64,000 nucleotides of DNA, taken from positions 13,801 through 77,800 of the forward strand of contig JBATUM010000088.1 in NCBI GenBank assembly GCA_049671145.1, written 5' to 3'. This document shows positions 45,194-52,841 of the stretch, one piece after another. The stretch is from Promethearchaeia archaeon (GTDB lineage Archaea > Asgardarchaeota > Lokiarchaeia > Sigyniarchaeales > SOKP01). A program made the position numbers and the translations under genes. Within the stretch, counting starts at the first letter, position 1. Each line of letters opens with the position of its first letter. A model generated the notes under the pieces. That model worked only from the letters and a program-made list of their open reading frames with translations. It was not told the origin of the DNA and did not search any database.

Positions 45194-46075
45194 ATGCCAA
45201 AGTATTGCGTTTATTGCGGAAATCCCTTAAAATCGACAGATAAGTATTGTATAATATGCGGAAAACCAGTATTAAGAGATGTACAAAAACCAAAAGCTGT
45301 TCAAAAACCAAAAGCTGTTCAAAAACCAAAAGATGTTATAAAAGAAAAAGTAAGAGAGATAAAAGGTGAAGATTCTTCATCCGAGATTGAAGAATACCCC
45401 GTAGAAGAAGTCGAAATTGAAGAGAAAGTAGAAAAGAAGAAAAAAGCTAGAAAAGAAGTAAAGGTAGAAAAACCACTACCATTTGAAGTAAAAGAACAAA
45501 TGATCCTTTATATTGAATACAATGATATGCAATTGAATAAAAAATTGTTAGTTGAGAAGTTAAAAGAAATTCAAAAATCTTTAAAAGATCCTCGTTATGA
45601 TGTAGATCAGGAATTTAAAAAATCAATTAATGTAAAAATTGAAGCGATAAGGACACTAATCAATGAACTTAAGCAAAATGAAATTGAAGTTAAACAAAAA
45701 ATGGTGGAACCATTTATTGTCCAGAGAATAAAGGATGACATTGATAAGAGAATTTTTCAACTCAAGAATTTAACTAAAGAATTTAAATTACATAAGATTA
45801 ATAAGGAGACTTTCGAATCTCTTAGAGAAAAATACAAACAAGAGAAAACAGATTTTGAGAATGAAAGAAAAGACTTAATATCCGGTATGAAGCTATGGAT
45901 AAAAGAATTGAACATGGAAAAGTCAGATATTAAAGCAGAGAAAAACCTCAATAAGGGTAGATTTTCAGCTAAGGAAATTGAAGAAGAAGATTATAAAGAA
46001 AAAGATAAAGAATTTGAAGTAAAACTTAAAAAGATTGATGTGAAAATTACTACTTTAGAAGATCTTATTAAATAA
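45194..46075 (+). CDS. Zinc-ribbon plus (QKPKAV)x3 repeat plus long coiled-coil protein
   Basis: 293 aa. N-terminal YCVYCGNPL....KYCIICGKP zinc ribbon, then a tandem hexapeptide repeat, an acidic stretch, and ~200 aa of heptad-like Lys/Glu-rich helix. Confidence 0.55.
   Translation: MPKYCVYCGNPLKSTDKYCIICGKPVLRDVQKPKAVQKPKAVQKPKDVIKEKVREIKGEDSSSEIEEYPVEEVEIEEKVEKKKKARKEVKVEKPLPFEVKEQMILYIEYNDMQLNKKLLVEKLKEIQKSLKDPRYDVDQEFKKSINVKIEAIRTLINELKQNEIEVKQKMVEPFIVQRIKDDIDKRIFQLKNLTKEFKLHKINKETFESLREKYKQEKTDFENERKDLISGMKLWIKELNMEKSDIKAEKNLNKGRFSAKEIEEEDYKEKDKEFEVKLKKIDVKITTLEDLIK
45284..45337 (+). repeat. 3 x 18-bp tandem repeat CAAAAACCAAAAGCTGTT (third copy has GAT for GCT)
   Basis: Read directly; units at 45284-45301, 45302-45319 and 45320-45337. 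Coding: QKPKAV QKPKAV QKPKDV. Confidence 0.9.
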
Positions 46076-46120
46076 AATTATTCCAAAATTTTATTTTATT
46101 TCCAACATTATTTAATATCG

Positions 46121-46246
46121 ATGAGGAAAAAATTAATTGGATTTATAATAGTATTACTTGCTTTATCTCTCCTAACAATTGGAATTATTGAAGCTCAATA
46201 TTCAATAATCGGTAAAATTTATGAAGAGATGGCAGGGATTCCTTGA
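46121..46246 (+). CDS. Possible 41-aa single-TM micro-protein
   Basis: ATG at 46121 to TGA at 46244-46246. MRKKLIGFIIVLLALSLLTIGIIEAQYSIIGKIYEEMAGIP. Below the ORF-track cutoff, and nothing supports it beyond hydrophobicity. Confidence 0.2.
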   Translation: MRKKLIGFIIVLLALSLLTIGIIEAQYSIIGKIYEEMAGIP

Positions 46247-46269
46247 ACCTTTTTTAATAAAAAATGGAA

Positions 46270-46572
46270 TTAATCGTATCTCTTCATTTTTCCTATAGAA
46301 AGAGAATCCTCTAAAAAGCCTTTTTTCTGGTATATTTTTTCCTGAGATTTTCGGAATTTATTAGCTTCCTTGTAATGATTTTTACAAAGATAAATTTTAT
46401 TTTGTTTATTCTCGTTATATCTTAAAGTTGCTTTTTCTACATATGATTTCCATTTACTCTCGGAAAGAGATCTTACTGCTACTTCATTACACCCTTTCAC
46501 AGAACATTTTTTTCCTTTACTTATTGTTCCGCTCAAATCCCTTTTTTCTTTTAGTTCCTTTGGGAGTTTCAA
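46270..46572 (-). CDS. Small basic Cys/His protein (putative zinc-binding), unknown function
   Basis: 100 aa. C-x3-GC ... C-x2-H arrangement (KKCSVKGCNEVA...IYLCKNHYKE). Confidence 0.45.
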   Translation of the reverse strand: MKLPKELKEKRDLSGTISKGKKCSVKGCNEVAVRSLSESKWKSYVEKATLRYNENKQNKIYLCKNHYKEANKFRKSQEKIYQKKGFLEDSLSIGKMKRYD

Positions 46573-46656
46573 TTTTAAACACTTCCTAAAAATTTTATTA
46601 GGATTAAATATTAAGTTTTTTAATTAATCAACATCTTAAAATTTTTCCAATATTTT

Positions 46657-47364
46657 ATGGATTCTTTAAACTTAGTATTTGATGAAAACTTTATTCGTAC
46701 AAAATTATTTCCTTGTGATTCACCCTCTAGAATAAAACTAAGAGATGATTTCTTTACAAATTCAGCTGTTCTATTCTGCATTATTCCCTATAAAGAGAAA
46801 CCCTATGATTTAGTGTTAATTCATCGCTCAAATCGTGGAAAGAGACACAGGGGGGAAATATCATTTCCGGGTGGTAAAATCGAACCTGATGATATCTCAT
46901 TGAAAGCCACTGCCTTAAGAGAAGCTGAAGAAGAAATTGGATTACCAAGAGAAAATGTAAAAATATTAGGTTGTTTAGACGATTTTCCGACTATGACTAA
47001 ATTTGTAATTACTCCTTATGTTGCCATCATCAATAAGGATCAAAAATTAATAAAGGATGACAGAGAAGTTCAGAAGATATTAAAAATCCCAATAGATTTT
47101 TTTATAGGAAAGAAGAATTTTAGAGAACAAGCAGTGGATATCGATGGCAATAAATTCCCTGTTTTTTACTTTAACTATAAAGATGATGAAAGTAAACAGA
47201 CTTATACAGTTTGGGGAGCAACAGCCTATATGATATCTACTTTTATCGAAATTATTTATGGATTAACTATGTCAAACCTAGGTTTGAGACGATTTAAATT
47301 AGAAAAAATAAAAGATCTTAAAGAATATATTAAATATAGGGACCAAATTACAAAAAAATTTTGA
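46657..47364 (+). CDS. Nudix hydrolase, CoA pyrophosphatase-like (NUDT7/8/NudL type)
   Basis: 235 aa. Nudix box GGKIEPDDISLKATALREAEEEIGL preceded by LIHRSN......GEISFPGG, as in CoA diphosphatases. Confidence 0.7.
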   Translation: MDSLNLVFDENFIRTKLFPCDSPSRIKLRDDFFTNSAVLFCIIPYKEKPYDLVLIHRSNRGKRHRGEISFPGGKIEPDDISLKATALREAEEEIGLPRENVKILGCLDDFPTMTKFVITPYVAIINKDQKLIKDDREVQKILKIPIDFFIGKKNFREQAVDIDGNKFPVFYFNYKDDESKQTYTVWGATAYMISTFIEIIYGLTMSNLGLRRFKLEKIKDLKEYIKYRDQITKKF

Positions 47365-47392
47365 GATGGTATTGTAATCAAATAAATATGTA

Positions 47393-48070
47393 ATGGATAA
47401 AATGGATTTTATCTTTAATGAGAAAAAAATTGCAGGTAGGTTAAAACAATTAGATTCTCCTGAACGAATTTCAATGCATCATGAATACTTTGTAAATTCT
47501 GCTGTTATATTCTTAATAATTCCATATCAAGAAAGACCATATGATCTAGTCCTAATTCGAAGAACCAAACAAATAAATGATAAGCATTCTGGAGAGATGT
47601 CTTTTCCAGGGGGAAAATTTGATCTCAATCAAGATAAATCGTATTTAGATACAGCTTTGAGGGAATTGAGAGAAGAATTAGGAATTCCAGGGAATAATGT
47701 GACCATATTGGGATGTATTGATGATCATCTCACCCCTAAAGGATTCATTATAACTGCTTTCGTAGCCTATATCAATAAAGACCAGAAAATGATTAAACAA
47801 GTAGGAGAAGTCGAAGAGATCGTGAAAATTCCAATTACTTTTTTTGCTAATAAGAAGAATTTTAAAGAAAAAACTTATAAACTCAAGGAAGATTTAATTG
47901 GAGTTGGCAAATTCAACTATAGGTCTCCAAATAATAAAAGATATGTAATATTTGGAGCCACATCCCACATTATTGTAAACTTTTTAGATACTATATACAA
48001 TTTAGGTCTAATGATTCTGGGTTGCAGACGAATCACATGCGAAGATATTAAGGATAAAATCATTAATTAA
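47393..48070 (+). CDS. Nudix hydrolase, CoA pyrophosphatase-like (tandem paralog)
   Basis: 225 aa, colinear with the upstream paralog. LIRRTK...GEMSFPGGKFDLNQDKSYLDTALRELREELGI. Confidence 0.7.
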   Translation: MDKMDFIFNEKKIAGRLKQLDSPERISMHHEYFVNSAVIFLIIPYQERPYDLVLIRRTKQINDKHSGEMSFPGGKFDLNQDKSYLDTALRELREELGIPGNNVTILGCIDDHLTPKGFIITAFVAYINKDQKMIKQVGEVEEIVKIPITFFANKKNFKEKTYKLKEDLIGVGKFNYRSPNNKRYVIFGATSHIIVNFLDTIYNLGLMILGCRRITCEDIKDKIIN

Positions 48071-48112
48071 TGAATTAAAGGATAAATTAATTAAAGAATC
48101 AAAGGATGAAAG

Positions 48113-49135
48113 ATGGATGATAAAAATTCAATAGCAGGAAAAAATATTGTTGAAATTTGTTCACGATTAATGCCTTCTGAAAGAGCAACTATAGTGACTG
48201 ATAAAGAAACTATAAATATTGGGGAACTTATAAAAAAATTTGCTAAAAACATTACAAAAGAAATTAATTTTCATGTTTTAGAAGATTATGCTGAAAGGCC
48301 ATTAATATCTATACCAAAAAAAATAAAAATTGATGTTGGAAAAAGTGATATTTTATATCTCGCAGTCAAATCAAAACCAGGAGAATTACACCGATTTAGG
48401 GGGCCTATAGTTAGACTTGCTATATCTAAGGGGAGAGAAATTCATATGCCAAATATTAATGATAAAATAATTCAAACTGGTATGCAAGCAGATTATTTTA
48501 AGATTGCTTCTTTAACATTCTCAATTATGAGTTTTGCCACAATCTCTAAGTCTGCTAGAGTAGAAACTCCTGAAGGAACAAGTCTCAAAGTATCATTTTC
48601 AGATAAGTTGAGGTGGGTTCCAGATACAGGGTTATTATGGTATAAAGGTATGTGGGGTAATTTACCTGCGGGAGAAGCTTTTACTTGCCCTGAAAATATC
48701 GAAGGCGTCATGGTTGTAGATGGCACTTTAGGAGATTTTTTCAATGAGAAATATGGAGCCCTTAATAAAACTCCTGTTTCAATACCTATTACAAATTCTA
48801 GGGCTAACATTGAAAATATTACATGTGAGAATCAAGAATTGTTATCCGAATTTAAACAATATCTAAAACAAGATGAAAATGCAAATAGAGTAGGAGAATT
48901 TGCATGTGGGACAAATATTTATTTGAAAAATTTTGTAGGAAACCTTTTACAGGATGAGAAATTTCCAGGCGTTCATATTGCTTTTGGAAATCCTTTTCCA
49001 CAGCACACAGGAGCTAATTGGACTTCAATCGGACACGTAGATGGGATAATGAAAAAATGTTCTCTATGGTTTGATAACAAAAAAATATTAGAAGATGGTA
49101 GATTTATTGAGGAAGAGCTTTTAAATTTGGATTAG
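48113..49135 (+). CDS. M29-family (AmpS/PepS-like) aminopeptidase
   Basis: 340 aa. GNLPAGEAFTCPE..EGVMVVDGTLGDFF, VGEFACGTN, LLQDEKFPGVHIAFG. Confidence 0.65.
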   Translation: MDDKNSIAGKNIVEICSRLMPSERATIVTDKETINIGELIKKFAKNITKEINFHVLEDYAERPLISIPKKIKIDVGKSDILYLAVKSKPGELHRFRGPIVRLAISKGREIHMPNINDKIIQTGMQADYFKIASLTFSIMSFATISKSARVETPEGTSLKVSFSDKLRWVPDTGLLWYKGMWGNLPAGEAFTCPENIEGVMVVDGTLGDFFNEKYGALNKTPVSIPITNSRANIENITCENQELLSEFKQYLKQDENANRVGEFACGTNIYLKNFVGNLLQDEKFPGVHIAFGNPFPQHTGANWTSIGHVDGIMKKCSLWFDNKKILEDGRFIEEELLNLD

Positions 49136-49216
49136 ATTCTTTTTATTAAAATTTAAATGGTTATTAATTTAATAAAAATCATAAAGAAAATTTATCAAAA
49201 AATTCATTTTATTTCA

Positions 49217-49228
49217 ATTATATTTTAA
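49217..49228 (+). promoter_or_regulatory. Candidate TATA box for tRNA-Sec
   Basis: AATTATATTTTA centred about 27-28 nt upstream of the tRNA 5' end. AT-rich background makes this weak. Confidence 0.3.
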
Positions 49229-49249
49229 TCTAATAATGTTATTCAATAT

Positions 49250-49342
49250 GGCCCTTGACGGTTAGAGTGGTCTCTGACGCTGGGCTTCAAACCCAGTTAT
49301 CCTGCGGAGGGATAGGGGTTCGATTCCCCTCGAGGGCCGCCA
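49250..49342 (+). tRNA. tRNA-Sec (anticodon UCA at 49287-49289), 9/4 fold, CCA encoded
   Basis: 9-bp acceptor stem GGCCCTTGA/TCGAGGGCC (one G-U). 7-bp D stem GTTAGAG/CTCTGAC with 4-nt loop TGGT. 6-bp anticodon stem GCTGGG/CCCAGT, loop CTTCAAA. Long variable arm TATCC-TGCGGAG-GGATA. 4-bp T stem GGGG-TTCGATT-CCCC. Discriminator G followed by CCA. Confidence 0.9.
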
Positions 49343-49359
49343 ATTTTTATAATACTAGC

Positions 49360-50736
49360 GTGATAAATTTGATTGATTTTAATAAAATTATTGATTATTT
49401 TAAAAGCACACCTATCCCTCAAAATATGTTGAATAGAGGGCAAGTTGTTTTAAATGAGTTTTTAAATCCTATTAAAATTTTATTTGAGCAGAAAAATGTT
49501 CCTATGGAACCTTGGAGTGATGAGCAAATTAAATTTTTCTTACTCGCCCTCTCGAATATGGATACAGATAAAGATTTTAAAGCAGCAAGGGTAGGTGAAA
49601 GAGAAGCAAGAATTGCATCTAAAATACATTTAAAAACCTCAGCAGGATTCTGTCATGGTGTAGGCAGAAGTGGTTTTCTGACGGCTCCTCAACCAAAGGC
49701 TCCCGGTGGCTCAATTATGTATGAAATAACTAATTACTTAGCGAGAGACTTTCTTAAAAAATTTGGTTTACCTAATATAAAAAGTGCTATAACTGTGCCG
49801 TTATGTACAGGAATGTCTTTAGCTTTATGCATCGGAGCGCTTAGACCAGATTGGAATATTAAAGACTTAAATAATAAAAGAACTGTTCTTGTTCCTCAAA
49901 TTGATCATAAATCTCTTATTAAGGGACTGGAACTAATGGGTATAAAAAGAAAAACTATCGAAGGTAAGGTATTTGGTGATGCAGTAAGGATTCCAGTTGA
50001 AGATATTAAATTAAGTATGGATAAAGATTGTTTTGCGGTTATTTCAGTGACAAGTTTCTTCCCTCCTCGCGAGCATGATAACATCAAAGAGATTAGTAAA
50101 TTTGCTAAAGAAAATAATTTGGTTCATATCGTAATTAATGCATATGGGGTTCAAAGTTCAGAATGGATGGATTTAATTCGTTCAGGAATCGATGCAGGAA
50201 GAGTAGATGCAATCATACAATCAACTGATAAAAATGTACTTTCTCCAGTAGGTAGTGCTATTATTGCTTCCCCAAATAAGGAAATAATAACTAAAATTAG
50301 TCAAGCGTATGCAGGACGCGCTTCTGCTACGCCTGTAGTAAATTTTTTAATCTCTATGCTCTCTTTAGGTACTAAAGGATATCAAAGATTAATGATTAAT
50401 CAACAGAAAAACAGAAAATTATTAGAAGAAAAGATGAATGAAGTTGCTAGCAAATTAAAAGAAAGAATTTTAGATGTAATTAACCCAGTAGCCGTAGCAA
50501 TGTCTTTAAAGAATTTGAAAAAAGAACAATTATCTAATTTAGGAGGAGCTTTATATAATTTAAGAGTCACGGGACCTAGGGTCTATAATCCAGAAGAAAA
50601 TGTTTTTGGAACGTGTTGTTCAAATTATTTAACACCTTATATAGTAATGAATGCCGCAATAGGCGCAACCTCTGAAGATATAGTCTTAGCAGTTGAAAGA
50701 TTTGAAAAGGCATACGCTCAAATTATTCAGAAATAA
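49360..50736 (+). CDS. O-phosphoseryl-tRNA(Sec) selenium transferase (SepSecS)
   Basis: Colinear with methanogen SepSecS as I recall it: LNEF, MDTDKD, RVGEREARI.SKIH, SAGFCHGVGRSG, PQPKAPGGSIMY, PLP-lysine context QSTDKNVLSP, YAGRASATPVVN, LYNLRVTGPR, YIVMNAAIG. The track ORF start (49255) lies inside tRNA-Sec. I place the start at the in-frame GTG at 49360 (VINLIDFN, compare MLDFN); TTG 49369 or ATG 49426 are alternatives. Confidence 0.85.
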   Translation: MINLIDFNKIIDYFKSTPIPQNMLNRGQVVLNEFLNPIKILFEQKNVPMEPWSDEQIKFFLLALSNMDTDKDFKAARVGEREARIASKIHLKTSAGFCHGVGRSGFLTAPQPKAPGGSIMYEITNYLARDFLKKFGLPNIKSAITVPLCTGMSLALCIGALRPDWNIKDLNNKRTVLVPQIDHKSLIKGLELMGIKRKTIEGKVFGDAVRIPVEDIKLSMDKDCFAVISVTSFFPPREHDNIKEISKFAKENNLVHIVINAYGVQSSEWMDLIRSGIDAGRVDAIIQSTDKNVLSPVGSAIIASPNKEIITKISQAYAGRASATPVVNFLISMLSLGTKGYQRLMINQQKNRKLLEEKMNEVASKLKERILDVINPVAVAMSLKNLKKEQLSNLGGALYNLRVTGPRVYNPEENVFGTCCSNYLTPYIVMNAAIGATSEDIVLAVERFEKAYAQIIQK

Positions 50737-50833
50737 AATCAATCAAAATATTTCATTCCTATTTCTAATTAAATAAAAATAAATAAAAATGAGTAGAACT
50801 ATATAATATTAAAAATTATTAGGTTATCTAACT

Positions 50834-51514
50834 ATGGAGAATCGACTTTTAAATCAATTTAATAATGTAATTTCTAATCAATGGGCCTTCAAAGAAGTAG
50901 AAGAACCATATAAACCATTGACACCAAGGGCGTTATTTGAATTAGCGTACCATACTTGTAATTCTGTAACAATGAGAAATATTTTTATTAAATTATCACC
51001 AAGCGAGGAAAAAGGTGGATTCCAAGCAGTTTTTTATTCAAACAGTAAAAAATTCATCAATATAGAAGGATTAGACGATGTTATAAGATTAAGGAAATTT
51101 TACCCAGAAGACTCTACTGGAGATAAACTGATAACGGAAATTCAACCAATATTAAATAAAAGAAAAACCGAATTTATTAAAAAAGATAAGCAGATTCAAA
51201 CTCAAATTCTAAAAATTATATTGGTAGAGCGTAAATTAGATGAATGTGCGAATCTGGTAATGTTAAAAGAAATTAATAGAAAAATTTATTTTGCTATTGG
51301 TGATGCTCGGGAAAGTGCCGCTGTAGTACCTATATTTATGGAAGCGGATGGTTCAAGTCTAGTACAACTCGCTTTGAACAAATGGATGACCACAGTCCAA
51401 AATTTGGACCAAGAAAAAGTTTTTCCTGATAATCTTGTCTCTGGATTACTAAAAAACCTAATGCAGATAAAAAAATGGATCTTAAACTTAATTTCATTAA
51501 ACCTAAATAAATAA
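50834..51514 (+). CDS. Hypothetical protein, no recognised domain
   Basis: 226-aa ORF, mixed alpha/beta by composition. No P-loop, Cys cluster or TM segment. Confidence 0.5.
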   Translation: MENRLLNQFNNVISNQWAFKEVEEPYKPLTPRALFELAYHTCNSVTMRNIFIKLSPSEEKGGFQAVFYSNSKKFINIEGLDDVIRLRKFYPEDSTGDKLITEIQPILNKRKTEFIKKDKQIQTQILKIILVERKLDECANLVMLKEINRKIYFAIGDARESAAVVPIFMEADGSSLVQLALNKWMTTVQNLDQEKVFPDNLVSGLLKNLMQIKKWILNLISLNLNK

Positions 51515-51589
51515 ATTTAGATTAAAGATTAATTTCTGTTAATTCAATAGTATTGTTTAAACTCATTCTATTTTAATAACAAAAAAAGT

Positions 51590-51741
51590 GGTCCAGGGGG
51601 GATTTATTCTTTAGAGAAGATTTTTCTCTTCTATTGAACCCCCGATCTCGGGTTTTTACGTATACAGACAAGTTTTTTATTATTGTGTGTCTGTAGGGCC
51701 TTATAAGACCCGCGCTTTAACCAAGCTGAGCTACTGGACCT
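51590..51741 (-). tRNA. tRNA-Ile (anticodon UAU, + strand 51704-51706) with two introns
   Basis: Minus strand. Acceptor GGTCCAG/CTGGACC; U8 A9. D arm GCTC-AGCTTGGTTA-AAGC (one C-A mismatch). Anticodon stem CGGGT/ACCCG with loop CTTATAA. Variable AGATC. T arm GGGGG-TTCAAAT-CCCCC. Discriminator A. The gene is interrupted by a 47-nt intron at 37/38 (51656-51702) and a 30-nt intron in the T-loop (51605-51634). Mature length is 75 nt. Confidence 0.75.
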
Positions 51742-51940
51742 TTTGAAAGAAAATTTAAAATTCTGAGACTTTTATAAATCTTAATCTCTGTGCTAATGGA
51801 CCTAATAATAATCATATAAAAACACAAAAACATAAAAATTTTTTTATTGTTGTACTCTGTTATATTTATAATTGAAGCATCAAAAAGAAAAAATATATTA
51901 TATTAAATAAATTTGAAAAGGTGATAAAACTATAGCTGAA

Positions 51941-52336
51941 ATGCTTACAGATTTATTAAACTCCATTTATAAAAGAATTGCTCAATTAGGCCAAGCAATC
52001 CAAGGGCTAAAAACTTCTTTGGATGGATTAAATCAGAACATTGAAGAAAAAATAACAAATTTGAATGAAAAATTAAAATCATTTTCAGAAGAAATTGACA
52101 TAACTCAGACGAAACATATTGATGTTTTGAAAGAAATTGGAGAAAGTACTAAAGATGAATTAAAAACAATTCAGGAAGGATTAGGATTAGATGCTTTAAA
52201 CACTTTAGTTAAAAAACTTAATGAGTTTGAAAAATTATCTGGAGAGATATTAAATCAAGATACCGTTAATTTATTGCTCTCTGAAGCTATAAGTTCGGTA
52301 AAGAATTTAAAGCAGAAGCCTTCCAATAAATTATAA
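51941..52336 (+). CDS. Small all-helical coiled-coil protein (paralog A)
   Basis: 131 aa with heptad-like Leu/Ile/Gln spacing throughout. No TM and no Cys motif. The N-terminal LLNSIYKRIAQL...SFSEE parallels the downstream paralog. Confidence 0.5.
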   Translation: MLTDLLNSIYKRIAQLGQAIQGLKTSLDGLNQNIEEKITNLNEKLKSFSEEIDITQTKHIDVLKEIGESTKDELKTIQEGLGLDALNTLVKKLNEFEKLSGEILNQDTVNLLLSEAISSVKNLKQKPSNKL

Positions 52337-52347
52337 AAGGTGAAAAT

Positions 52348-52767
52348 ATGACAGAAAATTTATTGAATGAGATGATTAATAAAATTAATCAAATAACTTC
52401 TTCATTAGATGGTACTATTGCTCAGATTAATCAAATGAGTACAGCAATTCAAACAATGTCTCAGAAATTCTCTGAAGAAACAATATCTGTTAATGAAAAC
52501 ATTCGACTAATTGTCGAAGTACTAAAGCAATTTAGAATGAAATCTAGTGAAAGTATTCAAGAAATAGCTGATACTTTTAATGCAAAATTAAAAGAATTAT
52601 ATGATAAAAAATCTCTAGAAGCTATATCAGAAGAAGAAAAGAAAGCTATAGATACAATTAGGAAAGCAGCTAAAACAGTTTCTAATAACCTCTATTACGC
52701 TCAACTTTTAAATATTATTCAATCAATTAGAGAAGAAACAAATAGAATAATGAGCTGTAAAGAATAA
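52348..52767 (+). CDS. Small all-helical coiled-coil protein (paralog B)
   Basis: 139 aa, starting 12 nt after paralog A (AGGTG 7 nt upstream). LLNEMINKINQI...KFSEE aligns with paralog A. Confidence 0.5.
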   Translation: MTENLLNEMINKINQITSSLDGTIAQINQMSTAIQTMSQKFSEETISVNENIRLIVEVLKQFRMKSSESIQEIADTFNAKLKELYDKKSLEAISEEEKKAIDTIRKAAKTVSNNLYYAQLLNIIQSIREETNRIMSCKE

Positions 52768-52841
52768 TAAATTCTTTAAATCATTATAATTACCCATTAT
52801 TATATTTTAGTAATATTCAATTTTAAGGAGTTTAAACATCT

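Noticed and set aside
45284-45337. Possible CRISPR-like or regulatory tandem repeat
   Set aside because: There are only three contiguous 18-bp units with no spacers, in frame inside a CDS. It is a coding hexapeptide repeat, not a CRISPR array. No CRISPR array was seen anywhere in the window.
49255-49359. 5' part of the track ORF 49255..50736 (MTVRVVSDAGLQTQLSCGGIGVRFPSRAANFYNTS...)
   Set aside because: This stretch is the tRNA-Sec gene read as protein. Conserved SepSecS sequence only begins near 49360, so the CDS start was moved downstream.
50834-51514. PSTK (O-phosphoseryl-tRNA(Sec) kinase) next to SepSecS
   Set aside because: There is no Walker A/P-loop (GxxxxGK[ST]) or any kinase-like motif in the 226-aa sequence.
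51941-52767. Prefoldin alpha/beta assignment for the two small coiled-coil proteins
   Set aside because: The sizes fit, but neither protein shows the central beta-hairpin segment(s) between two coiled-coil arms. Both look helical throughout.
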